A stretch of DNA of 34,652 nt from an uncultured Clostridia bacterium (lineage in GTDB: Bacteria > Bacillota > Clostridia > TANB77 > CAG-508), in assembly GCA_947595555.1 (NCBI GenBank), contig CANQES010000002.1, positions 1 through 34,652 on the forward strand, given 5' to 3'. Position 1 is the first letter of the stretch; every line of letters starts with the position of its first letter. A program made the translations under genes and the position numbers. Positions 19,288 to 27,108 of the stretch are shown in pieces. The notes beneath the pieces were generated by a model. It saw nothing but the letters and a program-made list of their open reading frames with translations, searched no databases and was not told where the DNA came from.

Positions 19288-21446
19288 TATTCATCATCCT
19301 TATTATCAATATGTAATACTCTTTCTTTTATTTCTTGTGTTCTTCCTTTGTTCCAGAAATTACTTCCTATATAACCACAAGTTCTTCTTGCTACATTTAA
19401 TGTATTGTGATCTCTGTTGCCACAATTTGGACAATACCATTCTAAGTCATTATCTATAAGAATTTCTCCATCATAACCACATTTTTGACAATAATCTGAT
19501 TTTGTATTTAATTCTGCATACATGATATTATCATAAATAAATTGAATAACTTGTAAAACTGCATCAATATTGTTTTGTAAATTAGGTGTTTCAATATATG
19601 AGATTGCTCCCCCTGGGCTTAGTTGTTGAAATTCGCTTTCTAATTTTAATTTAGAAAATGCATCTATTTCTTCAAATACTGGCACATGGTATGAATTTGT
19701 GATGTAATCTCTATCAGTAATTCCTTCAATTTTTCCAAATCTTTTTTGCAAACATTTTGCAAATTTATATGTAGTTGATTCAATTGGTGTTCCATAAACA
19801 CTATAATCTATATTTTCTGCTTCTTTCCATTCTTTGCATTTATCGTTTAGTTTTTGCATTACTTTTAATCCAAATTCTTTACCCTTACCATTATCAGTAT
19901 GGCTACATCCTGTCATATATTTTACACATTCATATAATCCAGCATAACCAAGTGAAATAGTTGAATATCCGTTGTGCAATAATTCATGAATGCTTTCTCC
20001 TTTTTCTAGTCTTGCTAAAGCTCCATGTTGCCACAAGATTGGTGCTACATCACTTGTTGCTTTACTTAATCTTTGATGTCTTGCTTGTAATGCTCTATGG
20101 CATAACTCTAGTCTCTTTTCATAAATATCCCAGAAAGTCTCCATGTCTTTTCCTGATGATAATGCAACATCTACTAAATTGATTGTTACTACACCTTGAT
20201 TAAATCTACCATAGTATTTTGGTTTGTTAGTTTTTGGATCAACATATGGTGTTAAGAATGAACGGCATCCCATACATGGATAACAGTTTCCATTACCATT
20301 TTTATCGATTTTTAATTCTAACATTTTCTTTTCTGAAATATAGTCTGGCACTAATCTTTTTGCTGTACATTTTGCTGCTAATTCTGTTAAATACCAATAT
20401 TTACTGTCTTTTTTAATATTGTCTTCTTCCAAAATATATAATAATTTAGGAAATGCTGGTGTAACTCTAACACCCTTTTCATTTTTAAATCCTAATATTC
20501 TTTGATTTAAAAATTCTTCTATAATCATTGCTAATTCATCTTTGTATTCATCTGTTTCACCTAAGTACATACATACTGATAAGAATGGTGCTTGACCATT
20601 AGTATTTGTCATAGAATTTACTTGATAATTAAAAGTTTGTACTCCATCTTCTACTTCTTTTTTGGTATCTTGCATTGCAAAGTCTTTTGCAGTTTTTTCG
20701 TCTAATCCTCTTTCTTTGTATTTTTTTACATATTTGTCATAGCTGGCACGAACAAAAGGTGCTAAATGACTTAATGTTATTGTTGCTCCACCATAACTAG
20801 AAGATGTAACTGCTAGGATAATTTGTGTTGCAATAGTAGCTGCTGTAATAAATCTATGTGGTTTTTCTATCATAACTCCATTTATAATTGTACCATTTTG
20901 TAACATATCTTCTAAGTTGATTAATTCACAATTGTGTAATGCATTTTGTGCAAAATAATCTGCATCATGGAAATGTATAATTCCTTCGTCATGTGCTTTT
21001 ACTATGTCTTCTGGTAATAAAAATCTTCTTGTTATATCTGTACTTGTTATACCTGCTAGATAATCTCTTTGTGTTGTTACTACTTTTGCATTTTTATTAG
21101 AATTTTCATTGTTCCAATAGTCGTTTTCTCCTTCAATTAATTCCTTAATTGATTGGTCTGTTGTATTGGCTTTTCTTACTAATTCTCTAGTATAACGGTA
21201 AGTAATATATTTTTTTGCTAATTCATATTTTCCATATTCCATTAATTTTTCTTCTATAATGTCTTGTATATCTTCTACTAAAATTCTTGGCTTATTTAAC
21301 TCTTCAATGTATTTTATAATATCTTCAATTTTTTCTTTTGTAAGTTTTTCATTTCTACCTACTTCATTATTTGCTTTTTGAATTGCAATTCTTATTTTTT
21401 CTGGATTATAATCAACTATTGTTCCATCTCTTTTTATAATTTTCAT
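19287..21446 (-). CDS. nrdD: anaerobic ribonucleoside-triphosphate reductase (class III)
   Basis: ATP-cone N-terminus (KIIKRDG), a C-terminal Zn ribbon (CQKCGY...CPNCG) and the glycyl-radical motif RRTCGYIG. I prefer the ATG at 21446 (SD GAGGGGGA 8 nt upstream) over the track start at 21464. Confidence 0.95.
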   Translation of the reverse strand: MKIIKRDGTIVDYNPEKIRIAIQKANNEVGRNEKLTKEKIEDIIKYIEELNKPRILVEDIQDIIEEKLMEYGKYELAKKYITYRYTRELVRKANTTDQSIKELIEGENDYWNNENSNKNAKVVTTQRDYLAGITSTDITRRFLLPEDIVKAHDEGIIHFHDADYFAQNALHNCELINLEDMLQNGTIINGVMIEKPHRFITAATIATQIILAVTSSSYGGATITLSHLAPFVRASYDKYVKKYKERGLDEKTAKDFAMQDTKKEVEDGVQTFNYQVNSMTNTNGQAPFLSVCMYLGETDEYKDELAMIIEEFLNQRILGFKNEKGVRVTPAFPKLLYILEEDNIKKDSKYWYLTELAAKCTAKRLVPDYISEKKMLELKIDKNGNGNCYPCMGCRSFLTPYVDPKTNKPKYYGRFNQGVVTINLVDVALSSGKDMETFWDIYEKRLELCHRALQARHQRLSKATSDVAPILWQHGALARLEKGESIHELLHNGYSTISLGYAGLYECVKYMTGCSHTDNGKGKEFGLKVMQKLNDKCKEWKEAENIDYSVYGTPIESTTYKFAKCLQKRFGKIEGITDRDYITNSYHVPVFEEIDAFSKLKLESEFQQLSPGGAISYIETPNLQNNIDAVLQVIQFIYDNIMYAELNTKSDYCQKCGYDGEILIDNDLEWYCPNCGNRDHNTLNVARRTCGYIGSNFWNKGRTQEIKERVLHIDNKDDE

Positions 21447-21480
21447 TTTACATTTCCCCCTCATCTTTATTTGTGTTTAA

Positions 21481-21523
21481 ATTATACCATAAAAAAATAA
21501 ACTTTTTGTTGCAATTGCAACAA
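21481..21523 (-). promoter_or_regulatory. nrdD promoter (extended -10 TGGTATAAT) with an upstream 18-bp perfect palindrome as candidate operator
   Basis: Minus strand TGGTATAAT (21489..21481). TTGTTGCAATTGCAACAA lies at 21506-21523. Confidence 0.45.
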
Positions 21524-21526
21524 TTT

Positions 21527-21555
21527 AGGAGTAAGATTTTTATAATCTTACTCCT
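21527..21555 (-). terminator. terminator after the MATE-fusion gene
   Basis: AGGAGTAAGAT-loop-ATCTTACTCCT, an 11-bp stem directly downstream of the stop at 21572. Confidence 0.55.
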
Positions 21556-21571
21556 TCAAGGAAAATTGTTT

Positions 21572-23599
21572 TTATTTCATTTGTGTTACAATTTTATTAC
21601 AAAATTTTTCTTTTATTAATTCACAAATCAAATCCGCAGATTTCTCTACTCCCAAGGTATCACTATTAATGCAAATGTCGTAGTTAGCAGGATTATTCCA
21701 TTCTTTTTCTGTGTAATATTTATAATGATTTGCTCTTAATTTGTCAATTCTTTTAATTTCTTTTTCTGCCTTATCCTTTTCAAATCCATAAATATCTGTT
21801 GCTCTTTTAATTTTATTTTTCATGTCACTATAAACAAATACTTTGACAACATTTTTTCTATCTTGTAATATAAAATCTGCACATCTACCAATTATGACAC
21901 ATGACTCTTTGTCTGCAACTTCTTTTATTAATTCAGATTCTTTCAAAAACAATTCATCTGCATTATTTAATCCTATATAATAACCATTATTTAAGCTTTC
22001 TAATGCATTTCTCTTCTGTTCATTTTTTTCTATGTACTCTGCTGACAATCCAGTTTCTTGTGCTATTTTTTCAATAAAATCTTTATCATAGAATTTGATG
22101 CCTAATTTATCAGCAATTAATCTTCCTACATATCTTCCGCCTGAACCATATTCTCTTGCAATTGTAATAACAACTTGTTCTTGTAATTGATTATCTGTGC
22201 TAGTATCATCAATTAATGCTTCACTCTTATGACTTTCGTTTTTCAATTTTTTAACTTCAAAAATAATTAAAATTATTGCTATAACAAACGCTAATCCATC
22301 AGCTACCGGTCCTGCATATAAAACTCCCATAAGTCCAAATATACTACTCAATATTACCATAGATGGTATTAAGAAGGCAATTTGCCTTGATAGTGATAAT
22401 ACCGCACTTTTGATACTTTTTCCAATTGCTTGAAAGAATATACCTGATGGTATTTGAATTCCATTACAAATGCATAATAAAAGATATGTTCTAAATGCTA
22501 AGCAAGCAAATTCCATATAATTACTATCACCATTACCAAAAATAGAAATTAATTTATCTGGTATAGTTTGGAATAAAATAAATGCAATTGTGCTAATAAC
22601 AAGACTTAGACCTAATACCATTTTTAAAGTTTTCTTTACTCTATCAAATTTTCTTGCTCCATAATTATATCCAAAAATAGGTTGTGAACCTGCTGCAATA
22701 CCGATTATAATACTATTTAAAATTTGGCTTATCTTCATAACAATTCCAAGTACAGTTATTGGTATGTCTGATCCAAATTTTGATTCTGCTCCATATTTTG
22801 CTAATAAATTGTTTTCAACTGCTACTACAAAAACAAAGCTCATTTGAGTAATAAAGCTACTAATTCCTAAGCCAGCAACTCTTTTTCCTATACTTAATTT
22901 AAGGTGACATGCTTCTTTGTTTAAAATAATAGATTTAAATTTTTTAAGGTATGCTATATTTAAAATAAATGTAACAAATTGACTAAATATTGTTGCTATT
23001 GCTGCTCCTTCTACTCCCATATGACATACAAATATAAGTATTGGATCTAATATAATGTTTAATACTGCTCCTACTACCATTGTTGTCATTGAAAATTTAG
23101 GACTTCCATCTGCTCGGATAATTGAATTTAATGTTGTTCCTATCATCATAAAAGGCAGACCCATTGCAATTATGCTTCCATATTTTAATGCATAATCTCT
23201 TAAATTATCTGTACAACCAAATATGTTTAAAAGCTGTGGTAGAAAGATTAAAGTAATTGCACAAAATATTATTGCTATGATAACTGATATAAGAATTCCA
23301 TTTCCTACTCCTTTTGCCGCTTCCTCTTTTTTCTTTTCGCCTAGTTTTAAACTTAAATAACTAGCTGACCCATCTCCTAACATTAATGCAAATGCTAAGC
23401 ATATCATTGTTAATGGGAACACAACGTTTGTTGCTCCATTTCCTAGATATCCTACTCCATGCCCTATAAATATTTGGTCTACTATGTTATATAAAGAGTT
23501 TACTAGTAGTGATATTATACATGGTATTGAGAATTTTTTGATTAGTTTTCCTATTTTTTCTGTTCCTAATATGTTTTCTTCTTTTTCCACTTTTTTCAT
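21572..23599 (-). CDS. MATE-family efflux transporter fused to a C-terminal cytidylate-kinase-like (P-loop) domain
   Basis: The N-terminal ~470 aa are polytopic MATE sequence (LGTEKIGKLIKKFSIPCII...NIVDQIFIGHG). The C-terminal ~200 aa contain AREYGSGGRYVGRLIADKLGIKFYDKD, typical of the cytidylate-kinase-like family. Both halves sit in one uninterrupted frame. The start at 23599 (MKKVEKEEN) is preferred because the track start at 23659 falls at or upstream of the predicted TSS. Confidence 0.8.
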   Translation of the reverse strand: MKKVEKEENILGTEKIGKLIKKFSIPCIISLLVNSLYNIVDQIFIGHGVGYLGNGATNVVFPLTMICLAFALMLGDGSASYLSLKLGEKKKEEAAKGVGNGILISVIIAIIFCAITLIFLPQLLNIFGCTDNLRDYALKYGSIIAMGLPFMMIGTTLNSIIRADGSPKFSMTTMVVGAVLNIILDPILIFVCHMGVEGAAIATIFSQFVTFILNIAYLKKFKSIILNKEACHLKLSIGKRVAGLGISSFITQMSFVFVVAVENNLLAKYGAESKFGSDIPITVLGIVMKISQILNSIIIGIAAGSQPIFGYNYGARKFDRVKKTLKMVLGLSLVISTIAFILFQTIPDKLISIFGNGDSNYMEFACLAFRTYLLLCICNGIQIPSGIFFQAIGKSIKSAVLSLSRQIAFLIPSMVILSSIFGLMGVLYAGPVADGLAFVIAIILIIFEVKKLKNESHKSEALIDDTSTDNQLQEQVVITIAREYGSGGRYVGRLIADKLGIKFYDKDFIEKIAQETGLSAEYIEKNEQKRNALESLNNGYYIGLNNADELFLKESELIKEVADKESCVIIGRCADFILQDRKNVVKVFVYSDMKNKIKRATDIYGFEKDKAEKEIKRIDKLRANHYKYYTEKEWNNPANYDICINSDTLGVEKSADLICELIKEKFCNKIVTQMK

Positions 23600-23607
23600 T
23601 CCTTTCG

Positions 23608-23693
23608 CATAAAAAGACAACACTTGTATTTGTGTTGTTCTTTTTTCGCTTTTCAGCATTATTCATTTTAACATTTATAAACTTTTTTGTCAA
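23608..23693 (-). promoter_or_regulatory. promoter plus terminator-like leader hairpin upstream of the MATE gene
   Basis: Minus strand TTGACA (23693..23688), a 17-nt spacer, then TGTTAAAAT ending at 23665. The hairpin ACAACAC-AAATACAA-GTGTTGT (23639..23616) follows, then CTTTTTA. Confidence 0.45.
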
Positions 23694-23699
23694 TACTAG

Positions 23700-23882
<183 letters not shown>

Positions 23883-24785
23883 CTATACTTCTTCATTTTC
23901 TAATCTTTCTAGTTCTTCTAATTCTTTTTTGTGTTCTAATTCCTCTTCATCAATTTTTTCTGAAACAGCATCTCTGATTATCTTAATGTCTTTTACATCA
24001 TATTTTTTATAAAAATAGCTGTCTCCTTCGTTGTCTTTTATTTTTACTCTTACTTTTTCTTTTAATGTTTCTATAGAATCTACTTCCCCTTCTCCATCTT
24101 CTGTTTTTACTATTGCACCTATGTTTGGAAGTCTTTTAATTTTTTCTTCATATGTATCACTTTCATATTTTAAGCAACACATTAGTCTTCCACAATTACC
24201 TGATATTTTAGATGGATTTAATGACATATTTTGTTCTTTTGCCATTTTTATTGATACAGTTTCAAAGTCACTTAAAAATGAACAACAACAAAGTTCTCTA
24301 CCACAAATGCCATTTCCTCCAATTCTTCTAACCTCATCTCTAACACCTATTTGTCTTAATTCTATACGAGTTTTATAAATAGCTGCTAAATCTTTTACCA
24401 GTTCCCTAAAGTCAATTCTACCATCTGCTGTGAAGTAAAATAAAATTTTGCTATTATCAAATTTATATTCTACGTCTGTCAAAGTCATGTCTAATTTGTG
24501 TTGTTTTATTTTTTTCAAGCAAATATCAAATGCTTCTTTTTCTTTTTTCTTACATTCTTCATAATGTTTATGGTCTTTATAGTTAGCAATCCTAATAACT
24601 TTTTTTAATGGTGTAATAATTTTCTCATCTTCTATCCAACGGTTAGGTATCACAACCTCCCCATATTCTTCTCCTTGTGCTGTCTCTACAATTACTTTAT
24701 CACCTTTTCTAACTTTTAGACTTTTAGGGTTGAAAAAATAAATTTTTCCTAATTTTTTAAATCTAACTCCTATTATATTTTTCAA
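23883..24785 (-). CDS. yaaT: PSP1-domain protein (YaaT/RicT family)
   Basis: 300-aa ORF with a Cys-rich PSP1 core (GICGRELCCCSFL...GNCGRLMCCLKYE). It has the conserved position downstream of holB. Confidence 0.85.
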   Translation of the reverse strand: MKNIIGVRFKKLGKIYFFNPKSLKVRKGDKVIVETAQGEEYGEVVIPNRWIEDEKIITPLKKVIRIANYKDHKHYEECKKKEKEAFDICLKKIKQHKLDMTLTDVEYKFDNSKILFYFTADGRIDFRELVKDLAAIYKTRIELRQIGVRDEVRRIGGNGICGRELCCCSFLSDFETVSIKMAKEQNMSLNPSKISGNCGRLMCCLKYESDTYEEKIKRLPNIGAIVKTEDGEGEVDSIETLKEKVRVKIKDNEGDSYFYKKYDVKDIKIIRDAVSEKIDEEELEHKKELEELERLENEEV

Positions 24786-24823
24786 CTATATTTCCTTTCT
24801 ATTATTAAAAAAATAATTCATGA

Positions 24824-25684
24824 TTATTTTTCAAATAAGTTATCCCACATATTAAATATTAAGTTATCTATACACATATCATAATTTGCATTTTGTTTCA
24901 ATCTTTTTTTAGTGTTTTCCACAAGTTTGATACAATTTGTGTATAAATAGTTTTCTTTTGCATAATTTAATAAGATAATATTCATATATTCTAATATGTC
25001 AAAAACTTCTTCTTTTGCTTTATATAATGGTTCTGCTAATTCTAAAATATCTAGCAAATCTTTTTTTGGTAAGTTTTGTATTAGTTTTTCTATGCTTGTA
25101 TATTCTGCTTGCTTATCTTTTAGTAAAATTGCTCTTCCTAGACTCCCTTGGAACATTTTTATCTGATTTTGAGTTAATTGTAAATTATAATTTTGTTCCA
25201 TATACTGTTTAATTTTTTCGTCTTCTATTGGTTTAAAATTAAGTATTATACATCTAGATTTGATTGTTGGCAAAAAAGTATTTTCATTTCTTCCAATTAA
25301 GATAATTATTGCAAATTCTGGTGGTTCTTCCAATGTTTTTAGTAAACAATTTTGAGCTTCTGTGGTCATTGTGTCTGCATTATTTATTATATATACTTTC
25401 TTATTTGAAGTTATTGGTTTTTCCTGTATTTTTCTTTGTAAAAAACGAATTTGCTCAATTTTTATATTGTTTCCATCTGGTTCTACACACATAAAATCAG
25501 GATGATTGCCTATTATAAATTCTTTTTCTAAACACAATACTTTTTTTGCTAATTCTATTGCTAACATTTTTTTGCCAATTCCATCTGTTCCTACAAATAG
25601 ATAACTATGCGATAATGTATTGTTTTCAATATTTTTTGATAACGTTTCTTTGATTAAATCATTTCCTATGATATTCTCAAACAT
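24824..25684 (-). CDS. holB: DNA polymerase III delta-prime subunit
   Basis: AAA+ clamp-loader motifs (GTDGIGKK, LKTLEEPP, SRC). The ATG at 25684 overlaps the lepB stop (TAATG) and has SD GGGGAGA upstream. The track ORF starts at 25702. Confidence 0.85.
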   Translation of the reverse strand: MFENIIGNDLIKETLSKNIENNTLSHSYLFVGTDGIGKKMLAIELAKKVLCLEKEFIIGNHPDFMCVEPDGNNIKIEQIRFLQRKIQEKPITSNKKVYIINNADTMTTEAQNCLLKTLEEPPEFAIIILIGRNENTFLPTIKSRCIILNFKPIEDEKIKQYMEQNYNLQLTQNQIKMFQGSLGRAILLKDKQAEYTSIEKLIQNLPKKDLLDILELAEPLYKAKEEVFDILEYMNIILLNYAKENYLYTNCIKLVENTKKRLKQNANYDMCIDNLIFNMWDNLFEK

Positions 25685-26361
25685 TATTTTATGTCTCCCC
25701 ATTTATTTAATGGCCAAATTCTAATAGCTACTGTGCTTTCAATTTTTTCTAATGGAATACATCCAAATGCTCTGCAATCTGTACTGTGGTTTCTGTTATC
25801 TCCCATAGCAAATACATAATTTTCAGGTACTACAAAATTGTTGAATCCAACTTCACCTATATCTGTAACAATTCCTGGTTGTAAATATGGCTCTTCTAGT
25901 TCTTCCCCATTAATATACACTTTTCCTTCTTTGATGTCTACATGTTCACCTGGAAGTGCTATAACTCTTTTTATATAACTTTTCTTATTTATTTCCAAAA
26001 AATTTTTGATAAACCATTGAATAGCATTTCTTTCTGAATATTTTGCAATTGGATTTTCTTGATTAACTTCTGATGATAAATAGTTTATTTTATCTGGTTC
26101 TTCAAAAGTTATAATGTCTCCTCTTTTAGGTAATGTTTTGGTTGTTCTGCTCCACCTGTTCAACCAAAGCCTTTCATTTTCAATTAAAGTTGGATTCATA
26201 GATACTTGTTTTACTATTGTCGGCGTACCTATAAAGTAACGAAATAACATTGCTAATATTAATGCAATTATAATACAATAAACCCATTCTAATATATCTT
26301 TGGCTTTCTCGCTCAACTTAATCTCTCCTTTTGCATAATTTTTACTTTTACTATTATACAT
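25684..26361 (-). CDS. lepB: signal peptidase I
   Basis: SPase I boxes are present (VSMNPTL, GDNRNHSTDCR). The ATG at 26361 has no SD. An in-frame TTG at 26316 sits 6 nt after AAAGGAGAG and may be the true start. Confidence 0.9.
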   Translation of the reverse strand: MYNSKSKNYAKGEIKLSEKAKDILEWVYCIIIALILAMLFRYFIGTPTIVKQVSMNPTLIENERLWLNRWSRTTKTLPKRGDIITFEEPDKINYLSSEVNQENPIAKYSERNAIQWFIKNFLEINKKSYIKRVIALPGEHVDIKEGKVYINGEELEEPYLQPGIVTDIGEVGFNNFVVPENYVFAMGDNRNHSTDCRAFGCIPLEKIESTVAIRIWPLNKWGDIK

Positions 26362-26409
26362 TAATTTTTTTTACTTATCAATGAAAATATAAGATATTTT
26401 TAAAAATTA

Positions 26410-26749
26410 TTGTTATAATTCAGTTGGTCAGATACGGTAATGAGCAATATAATATATTATTTATTTGTAACTCCCAACTACATAACAGACTGTAATGCAA
26501 AAGGCTTTTAATAATTATATTTTGAATAACTGCGTAAGCGATCAAACGAAACGAAGTGGAGTGCGATTTGGAGCAACTGACATATTAATCTTTTTATTAT
26601 GGAAGTTGCGACACCAAAGTTATGAATAAATATCATTATTAAAAGCCTTTGCTAACAGTCTGTAATTTGTTGGTCCCCACGAATTGTTACTGCATAAATA
26701 ATATATTATATTGCTCATTACCATATCTGACCAACTGAATTGTAACAAA
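26410..26749. repeat. ~340-bp long imperfect inverted repeat (MITE-like element or rod-shaped structured RNA)
   Basis: The outer arms 26411-26463 and 26695-26748 are complementary over ~53 nt with 2 mismatches and 1 indel. Inner arms (ACAGACTGT..AAAGGCTTTTAATAAT / ATTATTAAAAGCCTTT..ACAGTCTGT) extend the stem. The ~115-nt core is more GC-rich. TA dinucleotides flank both ends. Confidence 0.6.
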
Positions 26750-26765
26750 TATCACACTGTAATTG

Positions 26766-26794
26766 TTGACATCTTTATAGTTTTCTGTTAAAAT
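26766..26794 (+). promoter_or_regulatory. near-consensus sigma-A promoter on the plus strand
   Basis: TTGACA (26766-26771), a 17-nt spacer, then TGTTAAAAT (26786-26794). It is the only strong plus-strand signal in a window where all genes are on the minus strand. Confidence 0.6.
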
Positions 26795-26871
26795 AAATAA
26801 AGTTTAAACCTTATGTGGGTTTAAAGAGGGTGGTTCTACCATACTTATTTTTTCTTTTAATTAAGAAATTT

Positions 26872-26903
26872 AAAAAAGTATGGGAAGTTGCCCATACTTT
26901 TTT
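26872..26903. terminator. symmetric (bidirectional-type) intrinsic terminator hairpin
   Basis: AAAAAAGTATGGG-AAGTTG-CCCATACTTTTTT. Confidence 0.55.
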
Positions 26904-26942
26904 AGTATGGGACATTCACATAGTGACCCTTGTAAATGAACC

Positions 26943-26967
26943 AAAAAAAAGACGAAAGTCTTTCTTT
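26943..26967 (-). terminator. minus-strand intrinsic terminator (likely end of the murG-kinase transcript)
   Basis: On the minus strand, AAAGAC-TTTC-GTCTTT is followed by TTTTT. Confidence 0.5.
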
Positions 26968-27080
26968 AAAATAGTGTAAATAAAATGAAAGGAGATAACT
27001 TTTTTATTTTACAACTAAATAATCTTGCTCTTCAGAAGACCTTTGTTCAGACCGTTTAATGCACTATTTTAAAGTTTTCT

Positions 27081-27108
27081 GGGGCTCTATAAGAGCCCCT
27101 CTTTTTTA
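27081..27108 (+). terminator. plus-strand intrinsic terminator overlapping the kinase stop codon
   Basis: GGGGCTCT-ATA-AGAGCCCC is followed by TCTTTTTTATT. On the minus strand the hairpin is followed by an A-rich tract, so it favours the plus strand. Confidence 0.65.

Larger units (their letters stand above)
26801..27108 (+). ncRNA. candidate orphan plus-strand non-coding transcript (family unknown)
   Basis: It is bounded by the promoter at 26766-26794 and an intrinsic terminator at 27081-27108, with an earlier possible stop at 26872-26903. No SD-preceded ORF is present. It contains several hairpins and competing GTATGGG/CCCATAC pairings. Confidence 0.35.

Noticed and set aside
25682-25686. 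Recurrent TAATG/TAGTG stop-start overlaps (1419-1423, 8615-8619, 19285-19289, 25682-25686, 34010-34014) as something unusual.
   Set aside because: This is ordinary translational coupling in compact operons.
26823-26846. The T-box-like sequence AAAGAGGGTGGTTCTACCATAC, followed by a terminator/antiterminator-like arrangement.
   Set aside because: It is only a partial match to the AGGGTGGNACCGCG T-box core. No Stem I or specifier region lies between the promoter and this site. There is no downstream plus-strand aminoacyl-tRNA-synthetase or amino-acid gene.
26362-27105. A tRNA (including a hoped-for unusual tRNA-Gly), tmRNA, RNase P, SRP or 6S RNA in the large intergenic region.
   Set aside because: I recognised no T-loop GTTCRANYC with matching acceptor or anticodon arms, no GAGGAAAGTCC-type RNase P core, and no SRP domain IV motif. 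6S cannot be excluded without a covariance-model search.
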